DNA of 64,000 bases, from NCBI GenBank assembly GCA_051294905.1, contig CM119372.1:3040001-3104000 (forward strand). The letters run 5' to 3'. Shown piece after piece: positions 35,339-48,097 of this stretch. Under the pieces are notes generated by a model that was given only the letters and a program-made list of their open reading frames with translations, was not told the origin of the DNA and made no database searches. Positions within the stretch are counted from its first letter, which is position 1, and each line of letters begins with the position of its first letter. A program made the translations under genes and the position numbers. The DNA is from Botryllus schlosseri (taxonomy: Eukaryota).

Positions 35339-37859
35339 CAGTGCTTTTCAACCTTTTTGAGCTTCATTCGCACTTTTTTTTGTAAAATAAATTTCATTCG
35401 CACAAACTTACCGAATATTGATATACAAAAAGAAGACGAAAATACAACATTTATTTGCTCAGATGTGCAACAAATTGGCTATTATGTATCTTAAGCTATC
35501 AAGTGTCTCATGAAAAATGCTACTATTTTCGCTCGTTTTGATTTCAGCTATTCCACTAAAACCCTTCTTTTAGTTAACTAGTGCTTGGATGATCAGGTCT
35601 TAAAGCAGGGGTCACCAACACGCAGCCCGCGGGTTGCATGAGGCGAGCGATGTCATATTTTGCGGCCCGGGATCTGTTTTCAGAAGAACGCCCAGTACTT
35701 AAAGTCATTTCTGTTTAAAAATATTGTCGACGTTGTTCAAAATGTGCTATTCTCCCTTTAGAAACGCGAAGCGCCCTCCTTAAACGCGAAACCCCATCCC
35801 TTTGTAATGGCCCTTCAGACCCTAATACTCGGTTGCAATTCAATAAGTCGTATTATCAGTGTTGCACGCGGCCAAATAACTAAAGGCGTGATACCAATTA
35901 GCGAGATTCGTCATTGCGCATTGCACTGCAAATGTAACTTGACACGAGCGACACGATCTACCGCTGAGATAATAGCGAAATCAGGCCATTTATTGCCGCG
36001 CGCTCGGCAATCGTTGCTAGCCTGATCCATCACGTCTCCAACAGGCCTAGTTCCGCTGTCTTGAATGATGACATCTGCAATTGGCCGTGTGTGCACGATA
36101 TCATCGCTGGCCTACACAATCGCATCTGCATTGACTTAGTGCGCACGATATCATCGCTGGCCTGCACAATCGCATCTGCAATAGGCCTAGTATACGAAAG
36201 ATATCGCTAGCCTAACTACCGCGTCTTGGGCCTACCATACTTTGGCCGGGGCTACGTAAGACGCATTGGTCAGCGCGCGTATTTATTATTGTTCGATGCC
36301 GTGATTAGCGCGGGTATTCAATTGTTCCAACAGATCAGGCAGTCGCTAATTACCACTCTTTCGGTCTCGTCGACAAGCTTATCATACACGTATAATCGTC
36401 AACACGAGGATGTTGTATAGTCGTTATTTACGCATGTACTTGACCCTAATGAATTGATGCTATATTACCAGGGCCGTAACTGCCGCACCCCAAACCCAAT
36501 TTATGCAATATTTTCAAAAATATTTCGCGCTAGGCGCAATTTCAAGTCGCCAAATATCTTAATTATTGGGTGCTCTTTCCCCAAGAAAAAATACGCAAGA
36601 TTGATAGAAATGGGCATATCGGTGTGGGCCATGGCCATTACCGCGGCACGAAGCACAAAGACATAAACCATGCGCGGGGCCTACGATACGATAAGTATCG
36701 TAGGCCCCGCCATGCGACTCCAAGAAGTGTGCCAGAACGATCGCAGCGAGACAAACACACAAGACAAATACCATCCTGCAGGAAAAAATTATATGCCATT
36801 GAAGAAATACCAATCCGAAACCGTGTGATCATTCAGTCTAGTACGTTGGAGCGATTCTATATTTTTGATATAGCAGACAGGAGGTCACGAAATAACATCA
36901 TGTAACGAAGTCATACCAACGGGTCCGCCCGCCCGAAGATGTTCGATCATTATTTACGGACTGTACACTGTACAGTTTCAAAGACAACTCACTCAGTTCT
37001 ACCGGTAAAACTCATTACGTGAGCAGAGAGGACAAGACATTGATAGCAATATATATGCAATTCCCGATCTTATTGACCCATTCTATCATGAATTATCGAA
37101 AATTTTCGCGCTTAGCGCTGGCTCACGGAAGTTCGGTTTATCACCATATGGGGGCCCAGGAACAACGTTTCGGGGGCTGACGAAGTGCTGTTACGGCCCT
37201 GTATATTGCTATATTCGGTAAAAATCGAACCCGCCCCTTTATTTCAACAACCCTCCACTTTTTCTCGGCTGGCTTCGCCGAACAGACAGATAGTCCTGGC
37301 ACAGTGTCGACCCAAAATTATACCCTTTGCGGTATATACTTTAATAACCCCTGAAAGGGTAAAACTTGCGTTACTGTAACTTGCAAATGGCAGTCTGTAA
37401 TGATAGTATTTACTACTGTCCTCGTGCCTAACACTAGTCGAACAGGTATTACGGAAATATTGATGATTGTTTAGCGAAAGTAAGCAGAAAGGGAATTTAA
37501 CGTCATTTTCCCAGTCTCTGACGGGCTCCTATATGTCTGTCACTACACCAGCTTCCAAACCAGGGTTTTTGTTACGTAATAATTATAGTGCGAAAATATC
37601 AATTCACTACGGCTTGTGAGAGCTACGACTAGTGGTGCGTCGTAAGTTAAACATGTTTTCACAATTGCGTCGCAACAACTAAAGTTACACTGCGCTTGAA
37701 TTTCGTATTATGTTTATTTGAAAAGCAATTATTATTCACGATTTTCATTCGCACTCATCCGGGATTTTCATTCGCACCGTTCGCACCATGTTCGTCATTC
37801 GCACTTCAAATTTTTTCATTCGCACAAGTGCGAACCGTCACACAGGTTGAAAAGCACTG
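35339..37859. mobile_element. hAT-type element with nested insertions, including 36469-37201
   Basis: TIR CAGTGCTTTTCAACCT and perfect TSD CTATAGAT. The nested CAGGGCCGTAAC...GTTACGGCCCTG element has TSD TATATT(A/G)C. Confidence 0.85.
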
Positions 37860-38587
37860 CTATAGATAACTAACATACCGTAGGTTAGTTATCTATAGTT
37901 ATACACTACCGGTACTGTACAAATGCCATCTGATCCGACAACTCTAAGCACGATTGAAAATTCTCAAGGGAAGAATCTACTCATATAATAATGATAGAAA
38001 GACGGATTAGCAAACGTAAACCACATATCCAGATCCGTCGGTCCGTTGGTCCTGTAAATCCAAGATTTCCACCAGAGCGTATGCCACCTTTTTGGGATTT
38101 CATGGGGTGGTACACGTCAGGGTGAAAATCTGCGAAATACTACACGGTTTTCGTTTACGTTGTGGTCAGACTTGTACAAGCTACCAATCTAGATAGTCAA
38201 CAGTCCGCCTGCTACTGTTTTGCCGTATTTCTAGTTCTAGTTGCGGATTTCGAAAAGAGAGTAGTTCTAGTTCTAGTTCTAGTTGTGAATTTTGAAATGC
38301 GAGTCGTTCTTGTTCTAGTTCTAGTTGCGCATTTGCCATATATATATAGTTCTATATCGGTAGGCGTGAATTGTGATACCGGTGTTCTGTTGTGTGATGC
38401 TCCTACAGCCATTGCCTGATCGGAGTCGTCACTACTAACAATGGCGTAACCATTTCGAACTTGTAATGCGGTTCATGTGGAAAGCTGCTCCGATTCCGAT
38501 AAAAAATAAATTAATAAGTTGCTTTGGCAGTTAATCTATAGTTATTTGTATTCTATTTATTTGCGGAATTTTAAGGGTGTTTGCAAG

Positions 38588-39883
38588 CAGAGGTGGTCAG
38601 TAACGAAGTACTTCTACTTTTTCGAAGTACTCAAGTAGTATTCCTCTACTTCTGGTACTCACTCAAGTAGATCTGATTTTAGCTACTTCTACTCCTACAT
38701 TTCATAATATTTTGTGATCTACTTAATTACTTTCCGCTATTTCCAGTTTGTTAAGTAGAAGTAGTTTAATCCTCCAATCAGGAAGATATCCTGGGGAATT
38801 TCGGGGCTGTTTTTACGGTGTATCAACATTTAATTTTCATAAAAGTTGAGTAAAGTCCAGAATTTCCGTCGCGCTTTGCGCTCAGTAGCTACGAAGTAAC
38901 CACTATGATCTCACGAAAGTATCGGTGAATATAATTTTGGTAGCGGGTTGGCGAGGTTCCATTCACACCGCATTGTCGCCCTTTGCTCATATGAAATATT
39001 TCGCCACAGTATATATAAGGCTCATCGTAACGTTTGAAACTGATGTTTCGCAATCTAGCGTTTACTTAGCATATCGTAATCTAGCAGTCCATGGCGCGCC
39101 CTAATCTGGAAAAGTGAACTCTGATTTTTTTTAGATTTAGAGCTGTTTTAGCATACCACCTTTGAAACTTTCTGTCTTTAGACATGAAATATATATTCCG
39201 CTTTCAGAAGTAGTGGTTATGTTTCACTTTCAATTCCCAGTATCATATACTTTTGAGTTCCAATTAATATCAGTTTCTTTGTCTCGATAACATACATGTT
39301 GAAGTATAAAAGCAAGCGTAGTAATGCATTTAATATCCGGAAATAAAGTTACACAATATGGCATTTTACGACCCACCATATTTTTTGTTAACGTTCGCTA
39401 ATCGCGCAAAGTATTCACACCGTATCCTATACAACTTCTCCGTATTGCTCTTCGACTAAACTACGTCCCTTATAATATGGGTGAGTGCGCCAAACCATCA
39501 TATTTTCTAAAACGTGATGTTCGATTAAACAGAGGGTTAGTATCGCCTTTCCATATCAATACTATCATTTGCATTCCAGCGATGGAACGAATGCTTATGC
39601 TGTCGAAAATTGGATACCTCCTGGTATGCATCAATATGAATCAATCTCGGCACCTTTCGCGTAGCCCAATTTGCACCTTTTGACAATCCATGCGAACGAA
39701 TTACGATTGTTTTCACAACTACTTAATGACTTGAGTAGATTTAAAGTCAGTCAATTCTACTTCTTCTTCAGTTAGTTTTAGGTTGCTTACTGAAGGAGTA
39801 CTTCTACTCGTACTCGGGTAGTTTTTTCGTCGCTACTCCTACTTCTACTTGAGTAGCTTTCTTGACTACTTTGACCACCTCTG
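38588..39883. mobile_element. hAT-type non-autonomous element with AAGTA/TACTT subterminal repeats
   Basis: TIR CAGAGGTGGTCA and TSD (T/G)TTGCAAG. Confidence 0.8.
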
Positions 39884-39967
39884 GTTGCAAGTTTTGAAAA
39901 GTGTGTAGTTCTGGTTCTAGTTGCGATAATTGAAAAGTGAGTAGTTCTAGTTGCGCATTTGTGGTAT

Positions 39968-40237
39968 TGATGGTGTTTGTCGAATAAAATATGGTCCTTC
40001 ATACCCCAGGCCGATTTTCTTCATTATAATTCAGTTTCGGCCGATATTTAGCAAGGGCCCACTTCTAGGCTTTTTTTTGAAGACACGGCTTGCGGAAATG
40101 GGATGACGAGGAGAAGCGTATAGATAAACTTCCAACACTTCGGCAGGAATTCTGGAGTCGGCCTCGGTCGGACTCGAACTCGCAACCCATTGGTGTTGCA
40201 GCTGTGGATCATACCACTATACGCTTTATCGCCACTA
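39968..40237 (-). mobile_element. tRNA-derived SINE, second copy
   Basis: Shares CCTCGGTCGGACTCGAACTCGCAACCCATTGGTGTTGCAGC with the 33507-33694 copy. Confidence 0.7.
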
Positions 40238-40300
40238 CAGTATAGTTTGTAAAAGTCTGGTTGTGGTATATAGTTGAACGTTGTGACGTGCCATTTTCAG

Positions 40301-41031
40301 GAAGCTCGTTCCAAACAGCTATGCGATATGGAGCGTGCGTGGGCGCCGCGTACGGTGATTACCTCGACTGCCAGAATCTCTTTGGAGAAGACAGCAATTT
40401 CGATCCTGCAAATCTCCTCGACATCATACCCGGAATCGAAAAGGGCATCACCAATGCAGTTGCGGATTTCAGTCAAGATGTTTCCGCCTCTTTATTGCAA
40501 TTGCTGTCCGACGGAACAGGGATAGAAGCGTTCGTGAACGGAGCCTTTGATTTTTATCAAAATCTGGGGCTTAATCTGACTGAAGCTGTTCCTCTGAAAC
40601 CGTCGCTTGTTAAAATGTTGTCCGTATCGTTAAATGCAACGGACCAGGATGGTTTCGACGCCCTGAACGCAGCAGTTTTAGAGTTTTTCACCGCGTTTTC
40701 ACAGTTAGACACTGGAAATGATGAGTTTTCCGCAGATTTACGCACCTTCATGGCAAACATCGGCGTACAGTCTGATGAAATCACACCTTATGCGGCGCTG
40801 ATCGATAAAGGCCCAGGATTGTTTCGATCGTTGTTTCCCGCGAGCTGGCAATTGAATCTTTGGTACGATGTGGCTATCAAACTCGTAGGCGACATAGACC
40901 CGAGTAACTGGACAAAGACGACGGAAGATCTGGTCGGTACTATCAAGTCTTCGTATGATATTCCGTCAGAGATATCCGGTCTGGTGAACGTATTTTTGGA
41001 TGCAATGCCAGACCTCGCGAAAGGTTCACAG
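40301..41031 (+). CDS. Novel Ly6/uPAR-like surface protein, exon 2
   Basis: ttttcag|(G)SSFQTAMRYGACVGAAYGDYLDCQNLF...DAMPDLAKGSQ|gtaata. Phase 1/0; 731-nt open frame with coding-like composition. Confidence 0.88.
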
Positions 41032-42267
41032 GTAATACTACTACTTGGTACAGTTCAGGATTACTTAATGACATAGTTGGTCATAGGGTTGCATTTGGTT
41101 GCATTTTGCAAATGGTGTTTGTAACATTTTGTTTAAAGATGGTTTCAAAAAAAGTCCTAAAATTTAAAACATTGTATAATCACGCCATAATTGTGTAAAA
41201 ACTTTCGAAAAAACATATAGTATGAGCCTACGGACCATTTGCACTCAATAGAGTCGACGTACACGCTTGTACTTCTGCGCAACGGAGAGTATTTTCTCGA
41301 AAACCAATTGGTCATTCTATCAACAAGAGTATAAAGATGATATCCCTTAAAATCTTCAACTAGAATAAATCTAATGCCCCTAAACATTATGTTGCTCCAT
41401 TTTGATTCAAAACGGTCTTCGGTGTGTAAAAATAACAAGTAGATTTAATTTCTGAACTTTATAATCCGACTGAGCTATTTTTATTTATATCTACTAGCCC
41501 ATGGTTCCCAACCTGTCTCGACTCATCGCCCCGTTATCAAGCTCGACATATTTTTTTTTCACTTCCCCTCGTATTTCTGGATCCGAAAAAGAGGATATAT
41601 GAACCGGAAATTTATTCACCTACTTCTGATCGTTGGTCATTTTTCCGAGTAGGTGCTCGGCAAACCGATATCCGCGTCTACTTTCCGTTGAGCTGACTTT
41701 CTTAGTCAACTTTCGCGTCATATGCAGGATAAGCCGTATTCACGTGCGTTTTTTGGCCGTGTTAATTAAATATATATCACTGGACTGGACAGTCTAACAT
41801 TTTATCCCCTATCGCCCCCCCCCCAATCGCCCCTTTGGTATTTTCGCCCCAATTTTTCTCAAAATCGCCCACGTTGGGATCTTGTGAACCACTGATCTCA
41901 CCCATACAGCAAAACTATGAGATTTACTTCAAAAACAGCACCACGGAATATCTCCAAAACCAGAGCCAATTAGAAAAAAAACAAGGTCATATCCGGAATC
42001 ATTGCCCGCCATAACCCCCAAAACCGCTCTTACTTCGTCTGCCTTAAAAGATGTGTTGACCAGTGTCATTATCTATCAAACCCTGGGGCAAATCTACTTT
42101 TTGGACTTTGCTCGATTACTTTTCATACCTTTTGTTTTCTGCTTCGACTTGAAGTAATGATGTCTTCGACATTGCTAATTCTGCTTGTAATTGCGTAGCA
42201 ACGCTGATTGCTTTAACTACCTGTTCTTGTCGATAGGTACAGTCTGAACCATTTCATTTCACCACAG

Positions 42268-42433
42268 ATGAATCCCGCATACGTCGGTGTCTGGTCGCTT
42301 GAACTACTAAAGAAGTACAGCCAGCAAGACAACGCGACTCAGGCTTTTTCGACAAGCCTTATTAATCTGATTGAGACAATGACGAATGCGACGCTGCCGG
42401 ACGAAATTCTGACTACGATCCAATGGATACCAG
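42268..42433 (+). CDS. Novel Ly6/uPAR-like surface protein, exon 3
   Basis: ccacag|MNPAYVGVWSLELLKKY...EILTTIQWIP G|gtaaga; phase 0/1. Confidence 0.85.
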
Positions 42434-42607
42434 GTAAGATATTAGCAAACTTTACAAGCAATAAGTCATCGATGTATTGCAAAAATATTTTCATGTTCCA
42501 ATTCCGGGTAGAAGTACAAAATTTACACGTCCCTCGGCACATTGATACAATGTTGGCTACTAATACCGAATAACCTTAGGATCTGTTATTCTAGGGTTAC
42601 TATACGT

Positions 42608-44125
42608 CAGGGGTCGGCAACCTTTTGCTAGTCACGGGCCAAATTTCGAGTGTACAACTTTTTGGCGGGCCGGACGTTTTCTTGATACTATATTTTCCGC
42701 TCACTTCGGTAAATTATCCTACATTGCTGCAATCTCAATCATACCAACCATAAAACACATGTATTTACGTTTCAACAACGCAGAATAAATATGACAATTG
42801 ACGCAGCTTGCTTTGTGAAAGGTTTTCAATTTCTGGTAACAGTCAGATGAAGCAAGAATCAGACCCTATTCTAAATGGGCGTCCGAGATACGTGATCTTA
42901 GCTTGCTCTTCGTGAATTTCATTGTTCAAAACTATTGCTCACATGCGTACGTGCTGCTAAAAATCGATGCGATGTCTTTTGCATAGTTTGATAAGCTGGG
43001 ATGAAGATCAATTTCAAGAACGTACTCTTTGTCAAAGTCATGCAGCGATAGGCTATGCTCTTTGTATGAAATTTGTCATTCAATCCAAGTGCATCGCATT
43101 TCAAAAAGGCCTATATGAAATTTTCAGACAATGGTATTGGCGTCCACATTAAATGGAGCACTGAATAGTCAGAATTTATTTTGTATAGAAGGAATGTCGG
43201 AAAAGCGGTTGAATATTCAGTAATTAAATTTCGTATCACAGTTACCAATATAGTGTTGGTACTAGGTTTTCTCTCCTCCAGTATAGGAAAGTGATAATAA
43301 TTTACTCTGTACTGTTGACATTCCCCGAGTCGCAGATTTGTTTCAAATGCGCCTCAACATCTCATGTATTCAGTTGTCCACCCCCCCTCCCCCCGAAGTT
43401 GCAAATTCAATTTGTTCAGATGTGACATTAAATGTACCAGGAGAGCCAGATAAGATACCCATTTTCTATTACAAGATTATGAGTCAGCGTTATTTGTATT
43501 TTCGAGGAAAGTTGCTATTTCATTTCTCAGTTCATAGACTGGTGCAAGCATAGCTGCTCGACTTGATGCGCGAACATGTCAGACATACATTACATCGCCA
43601 TATTTATTCTATGCTTCTAGTTATCTGTCGTAACAATGTTGGTGATTCAGTTTCTGAGACAAAATCATATTTACAGTTTTAATCATTGTGGCCAAAACAC
43701 TTCAGGTTTGTAGTATTGGCGCACAATGCCTTCTGGTGAATTAAACTATGAATAACTAGCCTACGGAGGCTAGTTATCTGTAATCAAACAGTTTAAGTTT
43801 GAGATTTTGTCATTGCGTCTGAGATGTTCCAAGCGTTTTTTAGGCAGAGGAAGGACACCTTCGGTTGCGAGATGCACACGATTGATAAGCACTGATCTAG
43901 TCTACTCTAGCTTCATCTCCTACTCCAACCGCTTTCGTTTTGTGGCGTCACAATAGACTAATACGATGTAGGCAAGTTATCAATGCCGAATTCTTTCCAA
44001 GCAGTGCTGCACTGCTGATTGAAACTCATTGTGAAACGGCGGGCCGCAATCTTGTGATAACTAATTATTATGTCGCGGGCCGGACGATTTCGCTTGGCGG
44101 GCCGGGTCCGGGTTGCCGACCGTTG
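42608..44125 (-). mobile_element. Charlie/Buster-like hAT remnant
   Basis: TIR CAGGGGTCGGCAACC / GGTTGCCGACCGTTG and TSD CTA(T/C)ACGT. The decayed minus-strand frame reads IFSSTYACEQ*F*TMKFTKSKLRSRISDAHL (hATC motif). Confidence 0.82.
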
Positions 44126-44336
44126 CTACACGTCATCCTTTAGGAGGATTTGTTCTCTCTTTGAAGAAATTTCCTCCCTTCGCCCGAATGTCCTACTTTT
44201 CGACAATTTTTCCTCTTTCTTATACTAAAATGTCAAAAAATACCATGAAATATGTTAAATTTTTGTCTAAAATATAGACGCGGAAGTCAAATTTGAAAAT
44301 TGACCTTTTTGTTAGTCAACAGCACAGAACTATAGG

Positions 44337-45695
44337 CAGGGTTGCCATTGACATAGATCCAAAAATAAGGACAGTCGAAAAACTAAATTAGTTATAAAAG
44401 GCGTTTTTGTACATACGTTATATTTATACGAGCCGTGGCATATCTCATTCACACTTTTCGTCGGAAACAGCCTGCTCCAGCAACTCCTTGTTAGTATAAA
44501 GTGCTTCATGGATCGCACGATAGCTCAGGTCTCGGTTTTACCTTTACTCAGGGCCGAAACAGCACTTCGTCAGACCCCCGCCCCCCAAAAAAATCGTTGG
44601 GCTTGGGCGCCCCATAGGGTGATAAATCAAACCTCTTCACCTCGTTGTGATTAGATGCGTCAACCAAGAAAGAAAAAGACTGTACTATAGTGTACGTACA
44701 CCAAGTTTAGACAAAATCGTTTTTGTGCACGGAGCAAGAACTCCAGTAACATTGTTGCTTGTAGTTTTGGTCCTGGCCGAAGCAAACTTATTTGCGATGT
44801 AAGAATCGGGAATATTGCTTTGAACAATTGCGATGTGCAATCATTGGGGCGGAATGATTCTTGGTGTTTGCAGTATGGGATGCCTAAGTACCCTCAGCAG
44901 CAGCTGCCTTGTCTGTAGTCGTTGGTGCTGATATACTTGTGAAAATATTATTCATCGAATGGCTCGAATTATTCATTATGACACACTTCTTGTATTTTTG
45001 GGTATCAATATGACTTAAGATAGCGGCCTCCCGGTTAATGTCACAATTGTAGATATTACAATGTGCGAAACACTCGCCCTTCAGCTTCAAGCTTCGTTTG
45101 ATACCTTTGAATTCACTATCATAATCGCCACGAAAAACCTTTTCACGCCTGCTCATTTTAACCAAGCCGATTTTGCCTTACTGGTAGCTAACACTATACG
45201 TAGCCCACAATATAATTTAGATGAATTTATCAATGATTTATAGCTTTACTTTTTAACCCACGTGTCGACGCCCTTTTTCAGTACGCAATATAAACGATGC
45301 CTTCCCCGCAGCTTGTTCTGCTGTAGACTAAACAGCAGAAACCTGGTACTGCTGTTTACTGCTAAAATGACGTCCGCTGCGATAGCTTGCTACAGCCTAA
45401 ACTGCTACATCACTCACTGCCCTAGCCATCGCAATACTTCGAAGTCAAATCCTGTGGTGTGTATACGCCACGGAAGTTACTTTCAATTGTAATGTCGCAA
45501 AATCTGGAAGCAAAAGCATAATTTTAGAATATTATGCAACACGGCTACCAGACAGAAACGATCGAAGGTCTGTAGTTGTTGAAAATAAGACAAAATAAGG
45601 ACGCCAGTCGAAAACAAGGACATTTCTTAGAAATAAGGACGTGGCTCTTCAAAATAAGGACAAATCTTAGAAATAAGGACGGTATGGCAACCCTG
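44337..45695 (-). mobile_element. hAT remnant with N-terminal BED-like transposase fragment
   Basis: TIR CAGGGTTGCCAT and perfect TSD ACTATAGG. ORF 44884-45165 reads FAHCNIYNCDI...SHIDTQKY...AAAEGT. Confidence 0.8.
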
Positions 45696-45859
45696 ACTAT
45701 AGGTAAAAAGTGGGTAATTCGGGAGTCGAGCCACGCAACAACATTTCCAGTAAACATTTCAAAATCAGCTGTTTTCAATTTCGGCAAACTAACTTTTGTG
45801 ATTTGGTAGAAGTGTCCTCCTTTCCCGACTACAAAATATGGTAACCCTATGTTATTCAG

Positions 45860-46140
45860 GTCTGTTCTATGAAATCGCACCCGGAGACAAAGCTATTGTC
45901 CAAGAAGTCTATCGACGGATGACGGACGGGATCAACTCGTTCAAAGATTTCAATTCAACTGCTCCCGAAACGAAACTTAGCATGATGATCAAGACGTTGA
46001 TTTACGCTTTTGGGGGAAGCGCGCAATTCGAAGCGGTACCCATCTACAATGCGCTGGTCGTCAACTTGTCGAAAATGTTCTACGACCTGATGAATGTCAC
46101 TAACGTGGATTACACGGGTTTTTTAGACCAGTTCTCGATG
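45860..46140 (+). CDS. Novel Ly6/uPAR-like surface protein, exon 4
   Basis: tgttattcag|(G)LFYEIAPGDKAIVQEVY...TGFLDQFSM|gtaggt; phase 1/0. Confidence 0.85.
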
Positions 46141-46780
46141 GTAGGTAATGCAGCGTTTTGACGTTTGAAAATAGATTTTCGGGCTCATCATGATGAATAT
46201 ACTATTGCTATTCAATCTTAAAACTATAACGCAAAGCGACTGAATGACGCTACAAATAAGTGAAATCTCCAAATATATGTCAAGTTACACAGCGATACAC
46301 AAGCTATTTCATGCGGATTATATGACAACTTAGCTCATAAGATTGATGCAAACTCAAGCTAAAACTAGTTTATACTATTCAAAATCAAAATTGCAAAAAT
46401 TACGTATTAGTTTTCCCTAAAAACTGTTCACGTTCAAGTGGAATTAGTCTCAAAAGTGAGGGGTGCAATACTAGGCAAAACATACTTTGTTACTACCAAC
46501 AGGTAGAAGTAGTTCGTTACTGACCACATTTGTGTTTAATATATATATTGAATATCAAATGTGACATATAACTACACACCTGCATAGTCTCAGGAAACTC
46601 GTGATAATCGTACCCCAATATCGTATCTGTGTTTGGTCGGTAGACAATCGTAACACGGTGAGGCAAAGTTAAAGTTAATATATGCGATACACCCCGATGA
46701 ATGCAATCCATGGTCAATTTATATTAGCAACCTCTTCCACGGGGAAAATAATAAACATTGAGACTAGCATGGTTTTACAG

Positions 46781-46903
46781 GTTATTGAGGAAGGGTTCAA
46801 AAATGGGCCGGCTGTCAATGTCGGAGAATTGATCCCCAATGTATTACTTATCTTCGGAGGCACCGTACCCATGGAGCTGAAACCGATCCTCGACAATTTC
46901 CAG
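46781..46903 (+). CDS. Novel Ly6/uPAR-like surface protein, exon 5
   Basis: ttttacag|VIEEGFKNGPAVNVGELIPNVLLIFGGTVPMELKPILDNFQ|gtgctg; phase 0/0. Confidence 0.8.
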
Positions 46904-47697
46904 GTGCTGTATTTAGGAGTTCCATCCATGATCTGAGAAAAGATCGCTAATTATTAGGAAGTTTATCTGCATAACACTGTTTTGGAAGTTCGTTCGGCGT
47001 CAATGCGCCGTCAGAGCAGACTTGGGCGATCGATAGTCCTAGTTGTCTGAATCGAGTGAAATGCCGATAATCCAATTCCAATCTAAATTTAATCCTAATC
47101 TAATTTCTAGTTTTACTGAAAATGGTACCGTAAAACTGTATAGTGCAAAACTAGGGTTACCATACGTCCTCTTTTAAGAGGATTTGTCCTTTTTTTTTTA
47201 AAGTGTCCTCGGAGGACGCCCAAATGTCCTCTTTTTGAGATTTTGTCCTCTTTTTTGAAAATTTTTATGTATGGCAAAATTGACTTCGATACAGTAAATC
47301 AGCACTGAAGTAACAATCCGGACTTTTTTTTTGGTCAACCGACCACGATGTGGGAAAAATTGACCGTTTTTTCAGGATTTTTCCTCCGGTTTTGCAAGTC
47401 TGAAAATTTTGAAAAAGTGTCCTCTTTTCAGATTTCCAAAATATGGTGACCCTAGCAAAACGAGCAAAACTTGCTGTGCAGACCTTTGCCATTCTCATGC
47501 TAACAAGAGTGAACCCTGGTTTGATATGAATTAACTTGATTTTTTTGTTGGATCTCCGTCTAATTCGACTTTGATTCAAGTCAAAGTTTTTTAAGCATTC
47601 ATTAATTCTAATTCTAATCTAAGCGCGACTAAAATTCTAGTTCTAATCTACTTTGGAAAAGCCGAAAATTTTCTCTATCTGTCCAGCTATGTATCAG

Positions 47698-47942
47698 ACG
47701 AGTCTTCTTTACTACCAGAGTATCATCGAGTCAGCTACCACTGGAAACTTCACAAAACTCAACAAATCAATCGACAGCATCATCGCCAGTTACGAGGACG
47801 CATTTCCAGGGTCCCCGTTTCCGGAACTAATAGGACGCGGTGTGAATTTAACATTAAGACTGATCGTTTCACCCGAAGATGCTGCCGAGGTTAATTTACA
47901 GCTGCAGTACTGGCACGTGGAATTGCAATTTGCAATTATCAA
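47698..47942 (+). CDS. Novel Ly6/uPAR-like surface protein, exon 6
   Basis: atcag|TSLLYYQSIIESATTGNFTKLNKSID...LQYWHVELQFAII(K)|gtatgt. Phase 0/2; boundaries chosen for phase consistency with the neighbouring exons. Confidence 0.75.
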
Positions 47943-48097
47943 GTATGTTTTCCTGAATCAATTATATCACTGTTTGGTGAATGTTACATCCACTTAAAAA
48001 GGGAATCACATGATCTTATCTTATAGTTACTTGACGGCTTCCAGATGTCGCAAGATGCATCTCAGCGACTAACAGAGAATGATTAATGAGTGATCAT

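Larger units (their letters stand above)
42592..45849. mobile_element. TAGGGTTACCAT-family hAT MITE expanded by two nested hAT elements
   Basis: TAGGGTTAC...ATATGGTAACCCTA with perfect TSD TGTTATTC. Simple copies of this MITE lie at 47152-47454 and 61396-61748. Confidence 0.82.

Noticed and set aside
48027..48086. Micro-exon candidate LLDGFQMSQDASQRLTEND* in the LU-like gene
   Set aside because: It has no good donor before the stop, and extending exon 6 to the GTATGT donor at 47943 already gives the required phase 2.
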